64,000 bases of DNA, taken from NCBI GenBank assembly GCA_963748815.1, contig CAVVKJ010000014.1:128001-192000 (forward strand). The letters are read 5' to 3'. The DNA comes from an uncultured Gemmatimonadales bacterium. Lineage in GTDB: Bacteria; Gemmatimonadota; Gemmatimonadetes; Gemmatimonadales; GWC2-71-9. Under the pieces are notes generated by a model, which worked only from the letters and a program-made list of their open reading frames with translations, was not told the origin of the DNA and searched no databases. Within the stretch, counting starts at the first letter, position 1, and the number at the start of each line of letters is the position of its first letter. Below are positions 19,986 through 29,698 of the stretch, in pieces. A program made the translations under genes and the position numbers.

Positions 19986-21214
19986 CGTTCGCGGCCCCGC
20001 TCTGGCTGGCCGGCGCCGGTCTCGTCGCCGCCGTGGTGGTCGGGCTGCATCTGCTTGCCCGCCGGTCGCCGCGCCCCTACCTCTTTCCTACCGCCCGCTT
20101 CATTCCCGACCGGCCGGCGAGCGCTCCCGCGCCTGCCGCCCGGCCGATGGATCTGCTCCTGCTTCTGCTGCGTGTCGCGGTCGTGCTCCTGCTGGGCGCG
20201 GCCTTCGCCCGTCCGCACACGGCCCCGCCACGCCAAACCCGCACCATCGTGGCGCTCGACCGTTCGCGGTCGGCGGCAACCGAACTGGACACGGGCGCAG
20301 TTGCCATCGTGCGCGGCGCGGACATTGTCCTCGTGTTCGACAGCATCGCCACCACGCGCGAGGCGGGCGGGGAACTGCCGTCCGCGAATCAGGGCCGAGG
20401 TTCGCTCTCCGCCGCGCTCCTCGCGGCGATGCGCGCCGCGCCGCGGCTGGCCTCCTCGGGCGACTCGATCGAGCTCGTCCTCATGTCGCCCTTTGCGGTG
20501 GAGGAATGGGACGAGGCGACGGTCGACATTCGGCGGTCGTGGCCCGGGCGCATCCGCCTGGTGCCCGTCGCTGGCGCGGTGAGGTCCGCGGTCGAGGGGG
20601 ACGGCCTCCGTGCCGCCGCCGACGATCCGATCGTGGCCACCGTGGCGCTCCTGGGGGACCGCCTCCCCCCGGGGACCCGCCTCGTCCGGACGATGGTGAC
20701 CGCCGCCGACTCCGACTGGGCGGCATCGGGGGGAACGCTGGTGTACTGGCCGGCGAGCGACTCGATCTGGCCGTCCATGGAAGGCTCCGCCAACGGCGTG
20801 GTCGCAGGCAACCACGCCGTGGTCGCCCCCTTCGGGCGCCGCTCGATGCCGCTCCCGGGGCGCGTCGTTGCCCGCTGGGCCGATGGTGCACCCGCGGCGA
20901 GTGAGCGGGTGCTTGGCGCCGGTTGCGAACGCGACGTCGCCATTCCCATCCCTGCGGCGGGTGACATCGCCCTCCGACCGAGCCTCCGGCGCCTCGTGCG
21001 CCAGCTGAGCGGGGCGTGCGGCGGACCGCGAGGGGACGAGGTGGTATCGCCCGAGCAGCTCGACAGCCTGCGCGGCACTGGCGCCTTGCTCGCGTCCTCG
21101 TCCATTCGCGCCGGGGAGGGGCGGCGGGCGCCCGCCACTGCCGTGCTGCTGTTCGCCGCCGCGGCGCTGCTGCTGGTCGAGCCGCTCCTCCGCCGCGATC
21201 GGGCGGCGCCATGA
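19982..21214 (+). CDS. BatA N-terminal domain membrane protein with degenerate VWA
   Basis: MTFAAPLWL..GLHLL..FPTARF..LLLLRV..AFARP; LDRSRS; C-terminal TM. Confidence 0.8.
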   Translation: MTFAAPLWLAGAGLVAAVVVGLHLLARRSPRPYLFPTARFIPDRPASAPAPAARPMDLLLLLLRVAVVLLLGAAFARPHTAPPRQTRTIVALDRSRSAATELDTGAVAIVRGADIVLVFDSIATTREAGGELPSANQGRGSLSAALLAAMRAAPRLASSGDSIELVLMSPFAVEEWDEATVDIRRSWPGRIRLVPVAGAVRSAVEGDGLRAAADDPIVATVALLGDRLPPGTRLVRTMVTAADSDWAASGGTLVYWPASDSIWPSMEGSANGVVAGNHAVVAPFGRRSMPLPGRVVARWADGAPAASERVLGAGCERDVAIPIPAAGDIALRPSLRRLVRQLSGACGGPRGDEVVSPEQLDSLRGTGALLASSSIRAGEGRRAPATAVLLFAAAALLLVEPLLRRDRAAP

Positions 21215-23253
21215 CGGCCGAACGGCGGGTGCGCCGGGCCAGATTGGCGCTGTCTGCCGCAGTGCTGCTCGCGGCCGTCGGGTGGGCCGTCACGGTGGCC
21301 GGTGGACTCATTCTCCTCGTCGGCGTGGCCGACCTGACGGTGGGACTGTCGCGAGGACTGCGCCAGGGACTCGGAGTCGCGAGCCTCCTGCTCGGCGCAG
21401 TCGTCGCCCTCGCCGCGCTCTGGCGCAATCGGGACTGCACCTCCCTCCCCGCCGTCGCGCTCTGGCTCGAGGAACGCGCGCCGTCGATGCGCTACGCGCT
21501 CGTCACCCTGATCGAGGGTCGCCATCCAGCCGAGGCGTCGAAGCTGGAAGAAATCGTCGCGGCCACGGGATGGGAGCGCCCTTTCCGCCAGCGCCTCCTG
21601 CGGGCACTGGCACCACCGGTGCTCACCGGCGCCCTGATCCTCGCGGCGCTCGCCGCCCTGCCTCGCGCGGTCTTCGAGCGGATCTCGGCGCCGGCCCCCG
21701 GCGACGTGTTCCGTCAGCCGGTGCCCGGTCCCGAGGCCGACGATCTGCTGCGACCAATCGTCGTCACCCTCACGCCCCCGACGTATTCCCGGCTGGAGCC
21801 GCAGACGCTCGAGGATCCCGAGTCGATCGCCGGGCTCGCCGGCACCAGGATCACCGTGACCGGTCGCGGGCAGGCGACGAGCATCACCGCCACCTTCGGT
21901 TCCCGAGCGATCCGCCCGGACGGAACCGGCGACCGGTGGGAGGTCGGCTTCGGGTTGCCCGATTCCGCCAGCGTCTTGCGGCTCGCTGCCGGAACTCACA
22001 CGCGCCTGCTGGTGGTCGAGGGCCGGCCGGACTCGCTGCCCGTGGTGCGGCTCGTCGCCCCCGCCCGGGACACCGTGTGGCAGGCGTCTGGCGGGGCGCT
22101 CCCGCTCCGGGCGATGGTGCACGACGACTACGGCCTGGCGGAGGGGTGGTTTGAGTACGTGGTGAGCACCGGTGCGGGGGAGCGCTTCACCTTCCGGACC
22201 GGGATCGTTGGGCGGCGGACCTTCGACGGCGTGCGGGATGGAAGCCTGGACGCGACGCTCCCGCTCGATGCGCTGCACCTGCTGCCCGGGGAGGTGATGC
22301 ACCTCCGCGCGGTGGCGCGGGACCGGAATGTCGTCACCGGCCCTGGCACCGGCTTCTCCGACACGCGCACGGTGCGCGTGCCGAGTCGCGGTGAGGGTGA
22401 CTCGGTGTCGGTGTACGCCGCAGCGCCGGCCGACGCCGACTCGTCGCTCCTCAGTGAGCGGATGCTGATCATGCTGACCGAGGCGCTGGAGGCGCGGCGT
22501 CCCGGGCTGGGGCGGGAGGTGGTGCTCCGGGAGTCGCGCGCCATCGGCCGGGACCAGGCCGCGCTGCGACGCCAGGTGGCGAGTGTCATCTTCCAGCGAT
22601 TCGGCGGCGAGGCGAGCGCGGAAGAATCGGCGGACGAGGCGCGGGGCGCATTGAGCCCGGACGAGCTGCTGGCCGCGGCGGAGCGGGCGACGGAACAGAA
22701 CGGCGAGGCGCTGGACTTCGCGGAGGACGAGACGCCGGTCGTGGCGGTCAGCCGGCCGCTCCTCGAGGCGTACAACGCGATGTGGGCGGCCGGCCGCGAA
22801 CTCGATCAGGGCCAACCGGGTCGGGCGCTGCCACCGATGCGGGAGGCGCTGGCGGCCATCCTCCGTGCTCGCGCCGCCGAGCGGATCTACCTGCGCGGGC
22901 GTCCGCCCGTGGCCGTCGTGGACCTGGCGCGGGTGCGATTGACCGGGGCGCTGACCGACGTGCGGCCCGCACCGGCGAGCGCGGAGCCGTTCGACGCGAC
23001 CACCGCCGCCGCGCTGCTGGCGCGGTTCACCCGGGCGGTGGGTGCGCTGCCCGACGCGGCCGCGACCGACTCCCTGGCGCTCCTCCGGATCGATGCGCTC
23101 CGCGCGGCGCCTGAATTTGCCGCCGCGCTTGGTCGTGCGGTCGACGTGCTCCATTCCGGTCGAGACGCGACCGACGCCCTCCTGCTCGCCCGGCGCGCTC
23201 TCGCCGAGCCGAGCGCGGCGGTGCAGCGGTTACCGGCGTGGGGGCTGCCATGA
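21211..23253 (+). CDS. Large membrane protein (DUF4175-like): TM helices, Ig-like PDxxP/DDYGL segment, helical C-terminus
   Basis: TPPTYS, PDSLPVVRL, HDDYGL, AVARDRN, AYNAMW..ALPP. Confidence 0.7.
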   Translation: MTAERRVRRARLALSAAVLLAAVGWAVTVAGGLILLVGVADLTVGLSRGLRQGLGVASLLLGAVVALAALWRNRDCTSLPAVALWLEERAPSMRYALVTLIEGRHPAEASKLEEIVAATGWERPFRQRLLRALAPPVLTGALILAALAALPRAVFERISAPAPGDVFRQPVPGPEADDLLRPIVVTLTPPTYSRLEPQTLEDPESIAGLAGTRITVTGRGQATSITATFGSRAIRPDGTGDRWEVGFGLPDSASVLRLAAGTHTRLLVVEGRPDSLPVVRLVAPARDTVWQASGGALPLRAMVHDDYGLAEGWFEYVVSTGAGERFTFRTGIVGRRTFDGVRDGSLDATLPLDALHLLPGEVMHLRAVARDRNVVTGPGTGFSDTRTVRVPSRGEGDSVSVYAAAPADADSSLLSERMLIMLTEALEARRPGLGREVVLRESRAIGRDQAALRRQVASVIFQRFGGEASAEESADEARGALSPDELLAAAERATEQNGEALDFAEDETPVVAVSRPLLEAYNAMWAAGRELDQGQPGRALPPMREALAAILRARAAERIYLRGRPPVAVVDLARVRLTGALTDVRPAPASAEPFDATTAAALLARFTRAVGALPDAAATDSLALLRIDALRAAPEFAAALGRAVDVLHSGRDATDALLLARRALAEPSAAVQRLPAWGLP

Positions 23254-23861
23254 GCGAATTCGTCTTCGCCACCGCGCAGTACGAATCAGGCGACTGGGAC
23301 TCCGCGCCCCTCCTGCCGGCCAACATCATTGACTCGCTGGCCCGCTACACCTCGCTGGCGCTGGCGCCGCAGGGGGTGGTGGTGCCGCTCGCATCGAGTG
23401 AGCTCTTCCGCTATCCGCTGGTGTACCTCACCGGGCACCTGCCTCTCCGGTTCAGCGAGCAGGAGCGGCGCAACCTGCGCGCCTTCGTGGACCGGGGTGG
23501 CATGCTCTTCGTGGACGACCACAACCACGACATCGACGGGGTGTTTCACCAGACGGCGACGGAGGAGATCGGCCGGACCGTCGGCCCGCTGGTTGAATTG
23601 CCCAACGATCACCCCCTTTACTCGGCGTATTTCCAGTTTCCGGACGGACCGCCGGCCACCAGCCAGGAGCTGAACGGCTGGGGAGACAACCTGGTGCACC
23701 CCCACCTGCTGGCGGTCCAGCGCGGCGGCCGGATCGCGGTGCTCTACAGCAGCAAGGATTACAGCTCGGAGTGGGACTACCACGCCGAGACCAAGCGATT
23801 CTACTCGGTGGACAACACACGGTTCGCGGTCAACGTGGTGGTGTATGCGCTTACCCGCTGA
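23250..23861 (+). CDS. DUF4159 domain protein
   Basis: YESGDWD, YPLVYLTGH, GGMLFVDD, LPNDHPLY, KDYSSEW, FAVNVVVYALT. Confidence 0.85.
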   Translation: MSEFVFATAQYESGDWDSAPLLPANIIDSLARYTSLALAPQGVVVPLASSELFRYPLVYLTGHLPLRFSEQERRNLRAFVDRGGMLFVDDHNHDIDGVFHQTATEEIGRTVGPLVELPNDHPLYSAYFQFPDGPPATSQELNGWGDNLVHPHLLAVQRGGRIAVLYSSKDYSSEWDYHAETKRFYSVDNTRFAVNVVVYALTR

Positions 23862-25119
23862 TCGACGGAGCCTGGAGTGGGCGCTGCGGGCCGGCGCCCT
23901 GGTGGCGCTGGGGTGGTTGATGGTGCTCGCCTTGCAGCCGGCGCAGCCCGCCGGGCGGGCGGCGGTGGACGTCGCCGACTGGGAAACCGCCCGTGCCGAC
24001 TGGGCCTGGTATCCGCGGGCGGATTCGCTGGTGTTCGCGCTGGACGCCGCGCCTGTTCCCTTCGTCCGGGACTGGCTGGTGGCGCTCCGGCGGTCGGGCA
24101 CCACGGTGATGTGGGAAAATGGTGGGATCCCGGCGATCGCCCTGGAGGTCGAGCCGAGGCGAGACCCGGCCGGTGGCGTGCTGGTGCGGATCTCGGGTCC
24201 ACGGGGCGCAATGGTTCCGCTTGCCGACGAGGTCGGCGTGCTCGACACGCTTGCGGTTGGCGCCGAGGGAGGTGCGACGGTGCGGCTGCCCCCGGTGGTG
24301 GGGCCTGTGAGTGCATCGATTGGCGGGACGGCGGCGTCGAGAGGTGGCGACACCTCCACCGCCATCCGCCGACTTCTCCTGCTGGGGTCGGCGGGATGGG
24401 AGGCGCGGTTCATTGCGGCGGCGCTGGAGGAGCGGGGGTGGATCGTGGACGCGCGGTATGCCGTGGCACCCGGCATCGACGTGTTGCAGGGCAATCCGCT
24501 TCCGCTCGACACGGCCTCCCACGCGGCGGTGATCGTGCTCGACTCGAGCGCCGACCGATACGCCGGCCAGGTGGCGGGGTTCGTGCGGTCGGGGGGCGGC
24601 CTGGTGCTGGCGGGTGACGTCGGCGCGTCGTTCCGGCGGTTGGCGCCGGGGGTGGGGGGCGGGCCGGTGCGACATGCCGCCGCGATCACCTTCGAACAGG
24701 GCGACCCGCGCCGCGCGCTCTCCTATGTCGAGATCCAGTCCCTGGCTCCCGATGCGGTGACACTGGAGTCCCGGGATGGGGGCGCGGTCGTCGCGGCGCG
24801 GCGGGTGGGTGCCGGCCGAGTCGTCCAGGTGGGCTACCGCGAGAGCTGGCGCTGGCGAATGCAGGGCGGGGAAGGGTCGGTGGCGGCGCACCGATCCTGG
24901 TGGGCCGACCTGGTGGCCGGCGTGGCGTACGCGCCCGCCGCCCCGGACCAGCCGGGGGAGCCCGCACCGTTGGCGAGTCTTGTCGAGGCGATCGGGCCGG
25001 CCACCACGCTGCCCCCCGCACAGACCCCGCCCTTGCCCCTCTACCCGTGGCTGGTGGCGGTGCTGGGCCTCGGTCTGCTGCTTGAGTGGTCGTCGAGGAG
25101 GTTGCGGGGGGCGCGGTAG
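23845..25119 (+). CDS. Membrane protein of MoxR cluster (GATase-like segment, WRWR motif, C-terminal TM)
   Basis: GWEARF, GGGLVL, GAGRVVQVG..ESWRWRM, LLLEWSSRRLRG. Confidence 0.7.
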   Translation: MRLPADRRSLEWALRAGALVALGWLMVLALQPAQPAGRAAVDVADWETARADWAWYPRADSLVFALDAAPVPFVRDWLVALRRSGTTVMWENGGIPAIALEVEPRRDPAGGVLVRISGPRGAMVPLADEVGVLDTLAVGAEGGATVRLPPVVGPVSASIGGTAASRGGDTSTAIRRLLLLGSAGWEARFIAAALEERGWIVDARYAVAPGIDVLQGNPLPLDTASHAAVIVLDSSADRYAGQVAGFVRSGGGLVLAGDVGASFRRLAPGVGGGPVRHAAAITFEQGDPRRALSYVEIQSLAPDAVTLESRDGGAVVAARRVGAGRVVQVGYRESWRWRMQGGEGSVAAHRSWWADLVAGVAYAPAAPDQPGEPAPLASLVEAIGPATTLPPAQTPPLPLYPWLVAVLGLGLLLEWSSRRLRGAR

Positions 25120-25269
25120 GGCTGGCTGCCTTCCCGGAGTTGTCTGCGAGATGTAGACTGGATCGAGGGGGGTGGGTCTCTGCGCTCGGCTTCACGTTGG
25201 CCGTTGCGAGGTAGTCGTCGATTTGCGACAGCCCATCGCTCCCCCTCAACTCGGAGTAGACGCGCCGCC

Positions 25270-25830
25270 GTGGGCAATCTGACCTTCAGCATCAACGTCA
25301 CCCTCGACGGGTGCGTCGACCACCGGGTGGGTATCGCGGACGAGGAGACGCACGCTCTCTTCACCCGCCTCATGGACGAGAGCGGGGCGATGCTCTGGGG
25401 CCGCGTCACGTACGAGATGATGGAAAGCTACTGGCCGGCGGTCGCCCGTGGCGACGAGGAGGTGCCGCCAGCGCTGCGCGAGTGGGCGGTCAAACTCGAG
25501 GCGAAGCCGAAGTACGTCGTGTCGTCGACGCGAGCGAACTTCCCGTGGACCAACAGCCACCACATCGCCGGCGACCTGCGCACGGGCGTGCAGAAGCTGA
25601 AGGACGCGACCCCGGCCGGCATCCTCCTCGGCAGCGGCAGGCTCGCGACCGAGCTGGACCGGCTCGATCTGATCGACGAGTACAAGTTCCTTGTCCACCC
25701 CCGGATCGCCGGCCACGGCCCGACCCTGTACCAGGGCGGACTGCCCAGCACGCGACAACTCGCACTCGTCTCGGCGGCGCCGCTCCGCAGCGGCGCGGTC
25801 GCGCTGCACTACCGACGCGCGCGCGGCTAG
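25270..25830 (+). CDS. Dihydrofolate-reductase-like (RibD C-terminal) protein
   Basis: NVTLDG, LWGRVTYEMM..YWP, KYVVSST, GSGRLA, DLIDEY..HPRIAGHG. Confidence 0.88.
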   Translation: MGNLTFSINVTLDGCVDHRVGIADEETHALFTRLMDESGAMLWGRVTYEMMESYWPAVARGDEEVPPALREWAVKLEAKPKYVVSSTRANFPWTNSHHIAGDLRTGVQKLKDATPAGILLGSGRLATELDRLDLIDEYKFLVHPRIAGHGPTLYQGGLPSTRQLALVSAAPLRSGAVALHYRRARG

Positions 25831-25958
25831 CGACCGGCTGGAGCATGCGCTCGCGAGCCCCCTCCCAGCGGAGGCGCCAGGGGGGGCTGGTGGACGGGGA
25901 GTGCTCTCGCTGCGTGTCCTGTGTGTCGATTACCGTCATCCGCCTGGGAGAAGATCCC

Positions 25959-26354
25959 ATGGGTGCACAGTCCCCGAGGACCCATTTCGCAACGGCCACC
26001 GCCCTGGTACTGACCGGGCTGTGCGCCGGCACGGGCTGTGGTCTCTCGCCGGAGAATTGTACCGCCGACTTTCGCTATGGACTCACCGTGCAGGTGCGCG
26101 ATTCCGTCACAGGGGCTCCTGCCGGTCATGATGCCCTCGTGATCGCCCGGGACGGCGCGTATGCCGATACCCTTTCGTCCTTCCCCTTCAGCTCGGATTC
26201 GGTAACGTTTGTGGGGGCGGGGGAGCGGCCGGGCCGGTATGTGGTCACCGTCTCGAAGCCAGGTTATCAACTCTGGGTTCGCGATGGGGTGGAGGTCGGA
26301 GAGGATGGCTGCCACGTCCAGCAGGTCGCCATTACCGCGTTGCTCCAGCAGTAG
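25959..26354 (+). CDS. Small lipoprotein with carboxypeptidase-regulatory-like domain
   Basis: GGGAG SD; signal/lipobox; VRDSVTG, ERPGRYVVTVSKPGY, DGCHV. Confidence 0.7.
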   Translation: MGAQSPRTHFATATALVLTGLCAGTGCGLSPENCTADFRYGLTVQVRDSVTGAPAGHDALVIARDGAYADTLSSFPFSSDSVTFVGAGERPGRYVVTVSKPGYQLWVRDGVEVGEDGCHVQQVAITALLQQ

Positions 26355-26446
26355 CGCCGGACGGTTCAGGCTCGCTCGAGCTGTGCCGTCAGCCAGGGGC
26401 AATCAGGGGAGCCGCGCCACGCCGGCGCCCCATTGGGCGATGGGCC

Positions 26447-26535
26447 GCCTGTTCAGCACTTGCATCAGGCGAGTGCGCCCGCCAAGGGCGGCGAACGCCC
26501 TCGCCCCTGATGCGCGGTTCGTTCGTTCGTTCGGC
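26447..26535 (+). mobile_element. Degenerate attC-like site
   Basis: Imperfect hairpin GCATCAGGCGAG...CTCGCCCCTGATGC, then CGCGGTTC and R'-like GTTCGGC with expanded (GTTC)4; R'' degenerate. Confidence 0.35.
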
Positions 26536-26598
26536 CGCGCCACCGCCAAGACATCCGCCCTCCCATCCAACGAGGCTGTTGGCGCACTGGAGTCGACC

Positions 26599-27351
26599 AT
26601 GCCGATCGAGATTGGGCGCATTGAGGCGATCTTCCGCTATCCGGTGAAGTCCATGCGCGGCGAACGACGTGAGACCGCGACACTGGGCTGGCACGGCCTC
26701 GACGGGGACAGACGGCTGGCTTTTCGGCGGATCAACGACACCAGCGCCTTCCCCTGGCTGACGGCGGGCAAGCTTCCGAGTCTACTGCTCTATGCGCCTC
26801 ACCGTGACGGCGATGGTGCGGAAGCCGATCTGCCCACGCATGTCCGCACGCCGAGCGGCACCGAGATGGCCGTCTTCGGCGAAGCCCTGGCCACAGAGGT
26901 CGGCGGCCTCCATGGCGCACCTGTCCACATGATGCAGCTCAAGCATGGAATCTTTGATGAAGCCAGTGTCTCCGTAATCACCCCGGACACGGTTGACGAG
27001 ATCGCACGACTCTCCGGACGGCCTGCGGACATGCGACGGTTTCGCCCAAACATCGTGGTGCGCCCCGCGCGCTCGGTGCCATTCCAGGAGGATGCGTGGG
27101 TTGGCGGCGTCCTCTCCTTCGGAGAGGGCGGCGAAGGTCCCGCCATCTGTGTCACAACACGAGATGTGCGCTGCTCGATGGTCAACCTCGATCCCGACTC
27201 GGCACAGTCTGCACCGGAAGTCCTCCGGACAATCGTTCGGGTGACTCAGAACAACGCGGGCGTCTACGGCACCGTCACTCGCATCGGCGGACTGGCAGTC
27301 GGACAGCCTGTCCTCCTCCATGCTGGCGCCCGGAAAGGGCGCACGACCTGA
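26599..27351 (+). CDS. MOSC domain protein
   Basis: RYPVKSMRGE, GDRR, RRFRPNI, RCSMVNLDP, GVYGTV. Confidence 0.9.
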   Translation: MPIEIGRIEAIFRYPVKSMRGERRETATLGWHGLDGDRRLAFRRINDTSAFPWLTAGKLPSLLLYAPHRDGDGAEADLPTHVRTPSGTEMAVFGEALATEVGGLHGAPVHMMQLKHGIFDEASVSVITPDTVDEIARLSGRPADMRRFRPNIVVRPARSVPFQEDAWVGGVLSFGEGGEGPAICVTTRDVRCSMVNLDPDSAQSAPEVLRTIVRVTQNNAGVYGTVTRIGGLAVGQPVLLHAGARKGRTT

Positions 27352-27406
27352 CCCGCGCGTCCAGCTGCCGCGAGTGCCGTCGCCGCTGATGCCCCATTCG
27401 CTAGAC
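27346..27406 (+). mobile_element. Degenerate attC-like site (61 bp)
   Basis: ACCTGAC-N5-CGTCCAGC...GCTGATG-N8-GCTAGAC; L'' has one extra base relative to L'; MOSC stop codon lies within R''. Confidence 0.45.
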
Positions 27407-27434
27407 CGACATTCAGAAATGTGAGCGAGAAGAG

Positions 27435-28073
27435 ATGAGCAAGGTCTTTGTGAACATCGGACTGAGTCTCGACGGGTACATGGCGCCGGAAGGGATGGCC
27501 ATCGAGCATTGGGATCGACCCGAGTACAAGAACTGGGGCGCCAAGTGGGGCGCGCTGATGGGCTGGGTCCTCAAACAGCAATATTTCCGCGAGAACCTGA
27601 AGTTCGGCCCGGGAGGAGAGACCGGCCCGGTCAACGATATGCTCCGTCACACGATGGAGCGCAGCGGCGCGAGCATCATGGGCAAGCGAATGTTTGACGC
27701 AGGCGAGCGCAGCTGGCCCGAGGAAGCGCCGTTTCACACTCCGGTGTACGTGCTCACCCACGAGAAGCGCGAGCCATGGGTCCGGCCGGGCGGGACGACG
27801 TTCTATTTCGTCAACGATGGGACAGCGAGTGCCCTGGAGACCGCCCGGAAGTCGGCCGGCGGGCGGGACGTCCGCATCTCGGGCGGAGCGGATGTGATTC
27901 AGCAGTACTTGAACATGGGTGTCGTCGATGAACTGGAAATTGCCCTGGCGCCGGTGCTATTTGGCAGTGGAAGACGCCTCTTCGAGAACCTGCACGAGGC
28001 CGTGCCGCAGTTCCGGATCGACCAGGTGCTCAATACGCCGGATGCGACACACCTGCGCTATGTGCGTGCGTAG
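27435..28073 (+). CDS. Dihydrofolate-reductase-like (RibD C-terminal) protein
   Basis: SLDGY, IMGKRMF, PFHTPVYVLTH, GGADVIQQYL, PVLFGSGRRLF. Confidence 0.9.
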   Translation: MSKVFVNIGLSLDGYMAPEGMAIEHWDRPEYKNWGAKWGALMGWVLKQQYFRENLKFGPGGETGPVNDMLRHTMERSGASIMGKRMFDAGERSWPEEAPFHTPVYVLTHEKREPWVRPGGTTFYFVNDGTASALETARKSAGGRDVRISGGADVIQQYLNMGVVDELEIALAPVLFGSGRRLFENLHEAVPQFRIDQVLNTPDATHLRYVRA

Positions 28074-28151
28074 AGGCGGCTGAACACCACGTGGGAGGTG
28101 AGGTGTTTCCCCCCTCCACCTCCTCCAGCAGCATGGAAGGAGCATTCCACC

Positions 28152-28814
28152 ATGCAGGACACCTGGTCCCGTGTCGATCGCTACGCGGGGGATCTTCTCT
28201 TCCCGGCCGACACGATCCTGGAGGCCGCGCTCGAGGCGTCTACTGCCGCGGGGTTGCCTGCGATTGCCGTCTCCCCCGCCCAGGGCCAGTTCCTCGCGCT
28301 GCTGGTGCAGGCGCTCGGCGCCCGCCGCGTGCTGGAGCTGGGGACGCTCGGTGGATACAGCACGATCTGGATGGGACGCGCCCTTCCGCCTGGCGGCCAT
28401 CTCCTCACCCTCGAACTCGACCCCGCGCATGCGGCCGTCGCCAAGGCCAATCTGGCGCGGGCGGGGCTGGCCGATGTCGTCACCGTGCGGGTCGGGCCGG
28501 CCGCCGAGACGCTCCGCCAGCTCGCCAGGGTTGGCGAAGCGCCCTTTGATCTTGTCTTCATCGATGCCGACAAGACGGGGTATCCTGACTACCTCGAACT
28601 GATTCTTCCCCTTGTCCAAAGGGGGAGCCTCATCATCGCCGACAATGTGGTGCGGGGTGGCGCCATCACGGATGCAAGCAGTACGGACCCGAATGTCCAG
28701 GCCGTCCGCCGATATCTCGAAATGGTGGCGGCGCACCCCCGCCTCAGCGCCACGGTGCTCCAGACGGTGGGGAGCAAGGGGTACGACGGACTGGCGCTTG
28801 CCGTCGTGCTCTAG
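28152..28814 (+). CDS. O-methyltransferase (COMT/caffeoyl-CoA type)
   Basis: AAGGAG SD; LELGTLGGYS, FIDADK, IADNVVRGG, KGYDG. Confidence 0.92.
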   Translation: MQDTWSRVDRYAGDLLFPADTILEAALEASTAAGLPAIAVSPAQGQFLALLVQALGARRVLELGTLGGYSTIWMGRALPPGGHLLTLELDPAHAAVAKANLARAGLADVVTVRVGPAAETLRQLARVGEAPFDLVFIDADKTGYPDYLELILPLVQRGSLIIADNVVRGGAITDASSTDPNVQAVRRYLEMVAAHPRLSATVLQTVGSKGYDGLALAVVL

Positions 28815-28853
28815 GTCGCGCGTCGGCCATATCGGTTGGAGTGACGGCGGGCG

Positions 28854-29615
28854 TCAATCGGGCGGCCGGAGGACGAGGTTTCGGAAATCGCCGACCGAAG
28901 TCCCGTGCACAAAGTACCCGACGCCGCCGGAACGATGCGAGGAGGGATTGATCACCGAGAGCACCGGGGTCTCGTTCCGGTCCAGGTAGACCACGACCGC
29001 CGCCCCGCGCACCCGCACCCGAACGTGGATCCACGCGGTGGGGTCGAGCGAAGGCGGGACCGCCTGCTCGAAGCCCCCGGGCGCCTCGGTTCGCAAGCGG
29101 TCCCACGGATACGCGGGGGACGAGACGAACTGCACGGCGTGGGCTCGGCGCGCGGAGTCCGCCGCCCGGAAATTGAAGGGGCGGAGGTAGACCGCATCGA
29201 AGCTGGTGTCGCTGGTAATGTGAAACGCGATGCCCACGAAGCTGTGCCCCGGGATGTCCCGGCCGCGGACGTCGAATTCGATGTCACCGTCGGTGAACGC
29301 CAGCGCCGGAGACCAGACCAGCCCGACGGTATCCGGCTCCCCGACGATCGCCAGGTACTCGCCTCCACCATCGCGCTGGATGTCGATCGTCCGGCTGAAC
29401 AGCCGCCACCCCCCAGGGGGCGCTTCGGCGCCGGCGAGGCTGACTGGCAGGGTGCCTTGCGCGCTCCCACTGGCGGGCAGGAGGACCGAAGCGAACGCGC
29501 CAAGGATGAACTGAGCCACGACCAGCGGTGGGAGCGCCTGGACTCGCGTGGTGGACTCCTGCGTGCGGAGACGGACGACGGCGGCCGTTGGTATCCGGAC
29601 GTCGACCGACGGCAA
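28854..29615 (-). CDS. Secreted DUF1080-like (concanavalin-fold) protein; start uncertain
   Basis: FTDGDIEFDVRG, FVGIAFH, YLRPFNF, WIHVRVRV, GGVG..GDFRNL. Confidence 0.65.
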   Translation of the reverse strand: MPSVDVRIPTAAVVRLRTQESTTRVQALPPLVVAQFILGAFASVLLPASGSAQGTLPVSLAGAEAPPGGWRLFSRTIDIQRDGGGEYLAIVGEPDTVGLVWSPALAFTDGDIEFDVRGRDIPGHSFVGIAFHITSDTSFDAVYLRPFNFRAADSARRAHAVQFVSSPAYPWDRLRTEAPGGFEQAVPPSLDPTAWIHVRVRVRGAAVVVYLDRNETPVLSVINPSSHRSGGVGYFVHGTSVGDFRNLVLRPPD

Positions 29616-29698
29616 GAGGTTTCGTCTGCCGCCGAGGGCCGGGAGACGAAATCGCGGGCTGACGCATCTACCTCGAAATTCTCTCCCGGAGCCGATTC

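Noticed and set aside
26433..26443. TGGGCGATG match to the tRNA-Val 3' end as a third att site
   Set aside because: Only 9 nt, expected by chance in GC-rich DNA, with no associated cognate hairpin.
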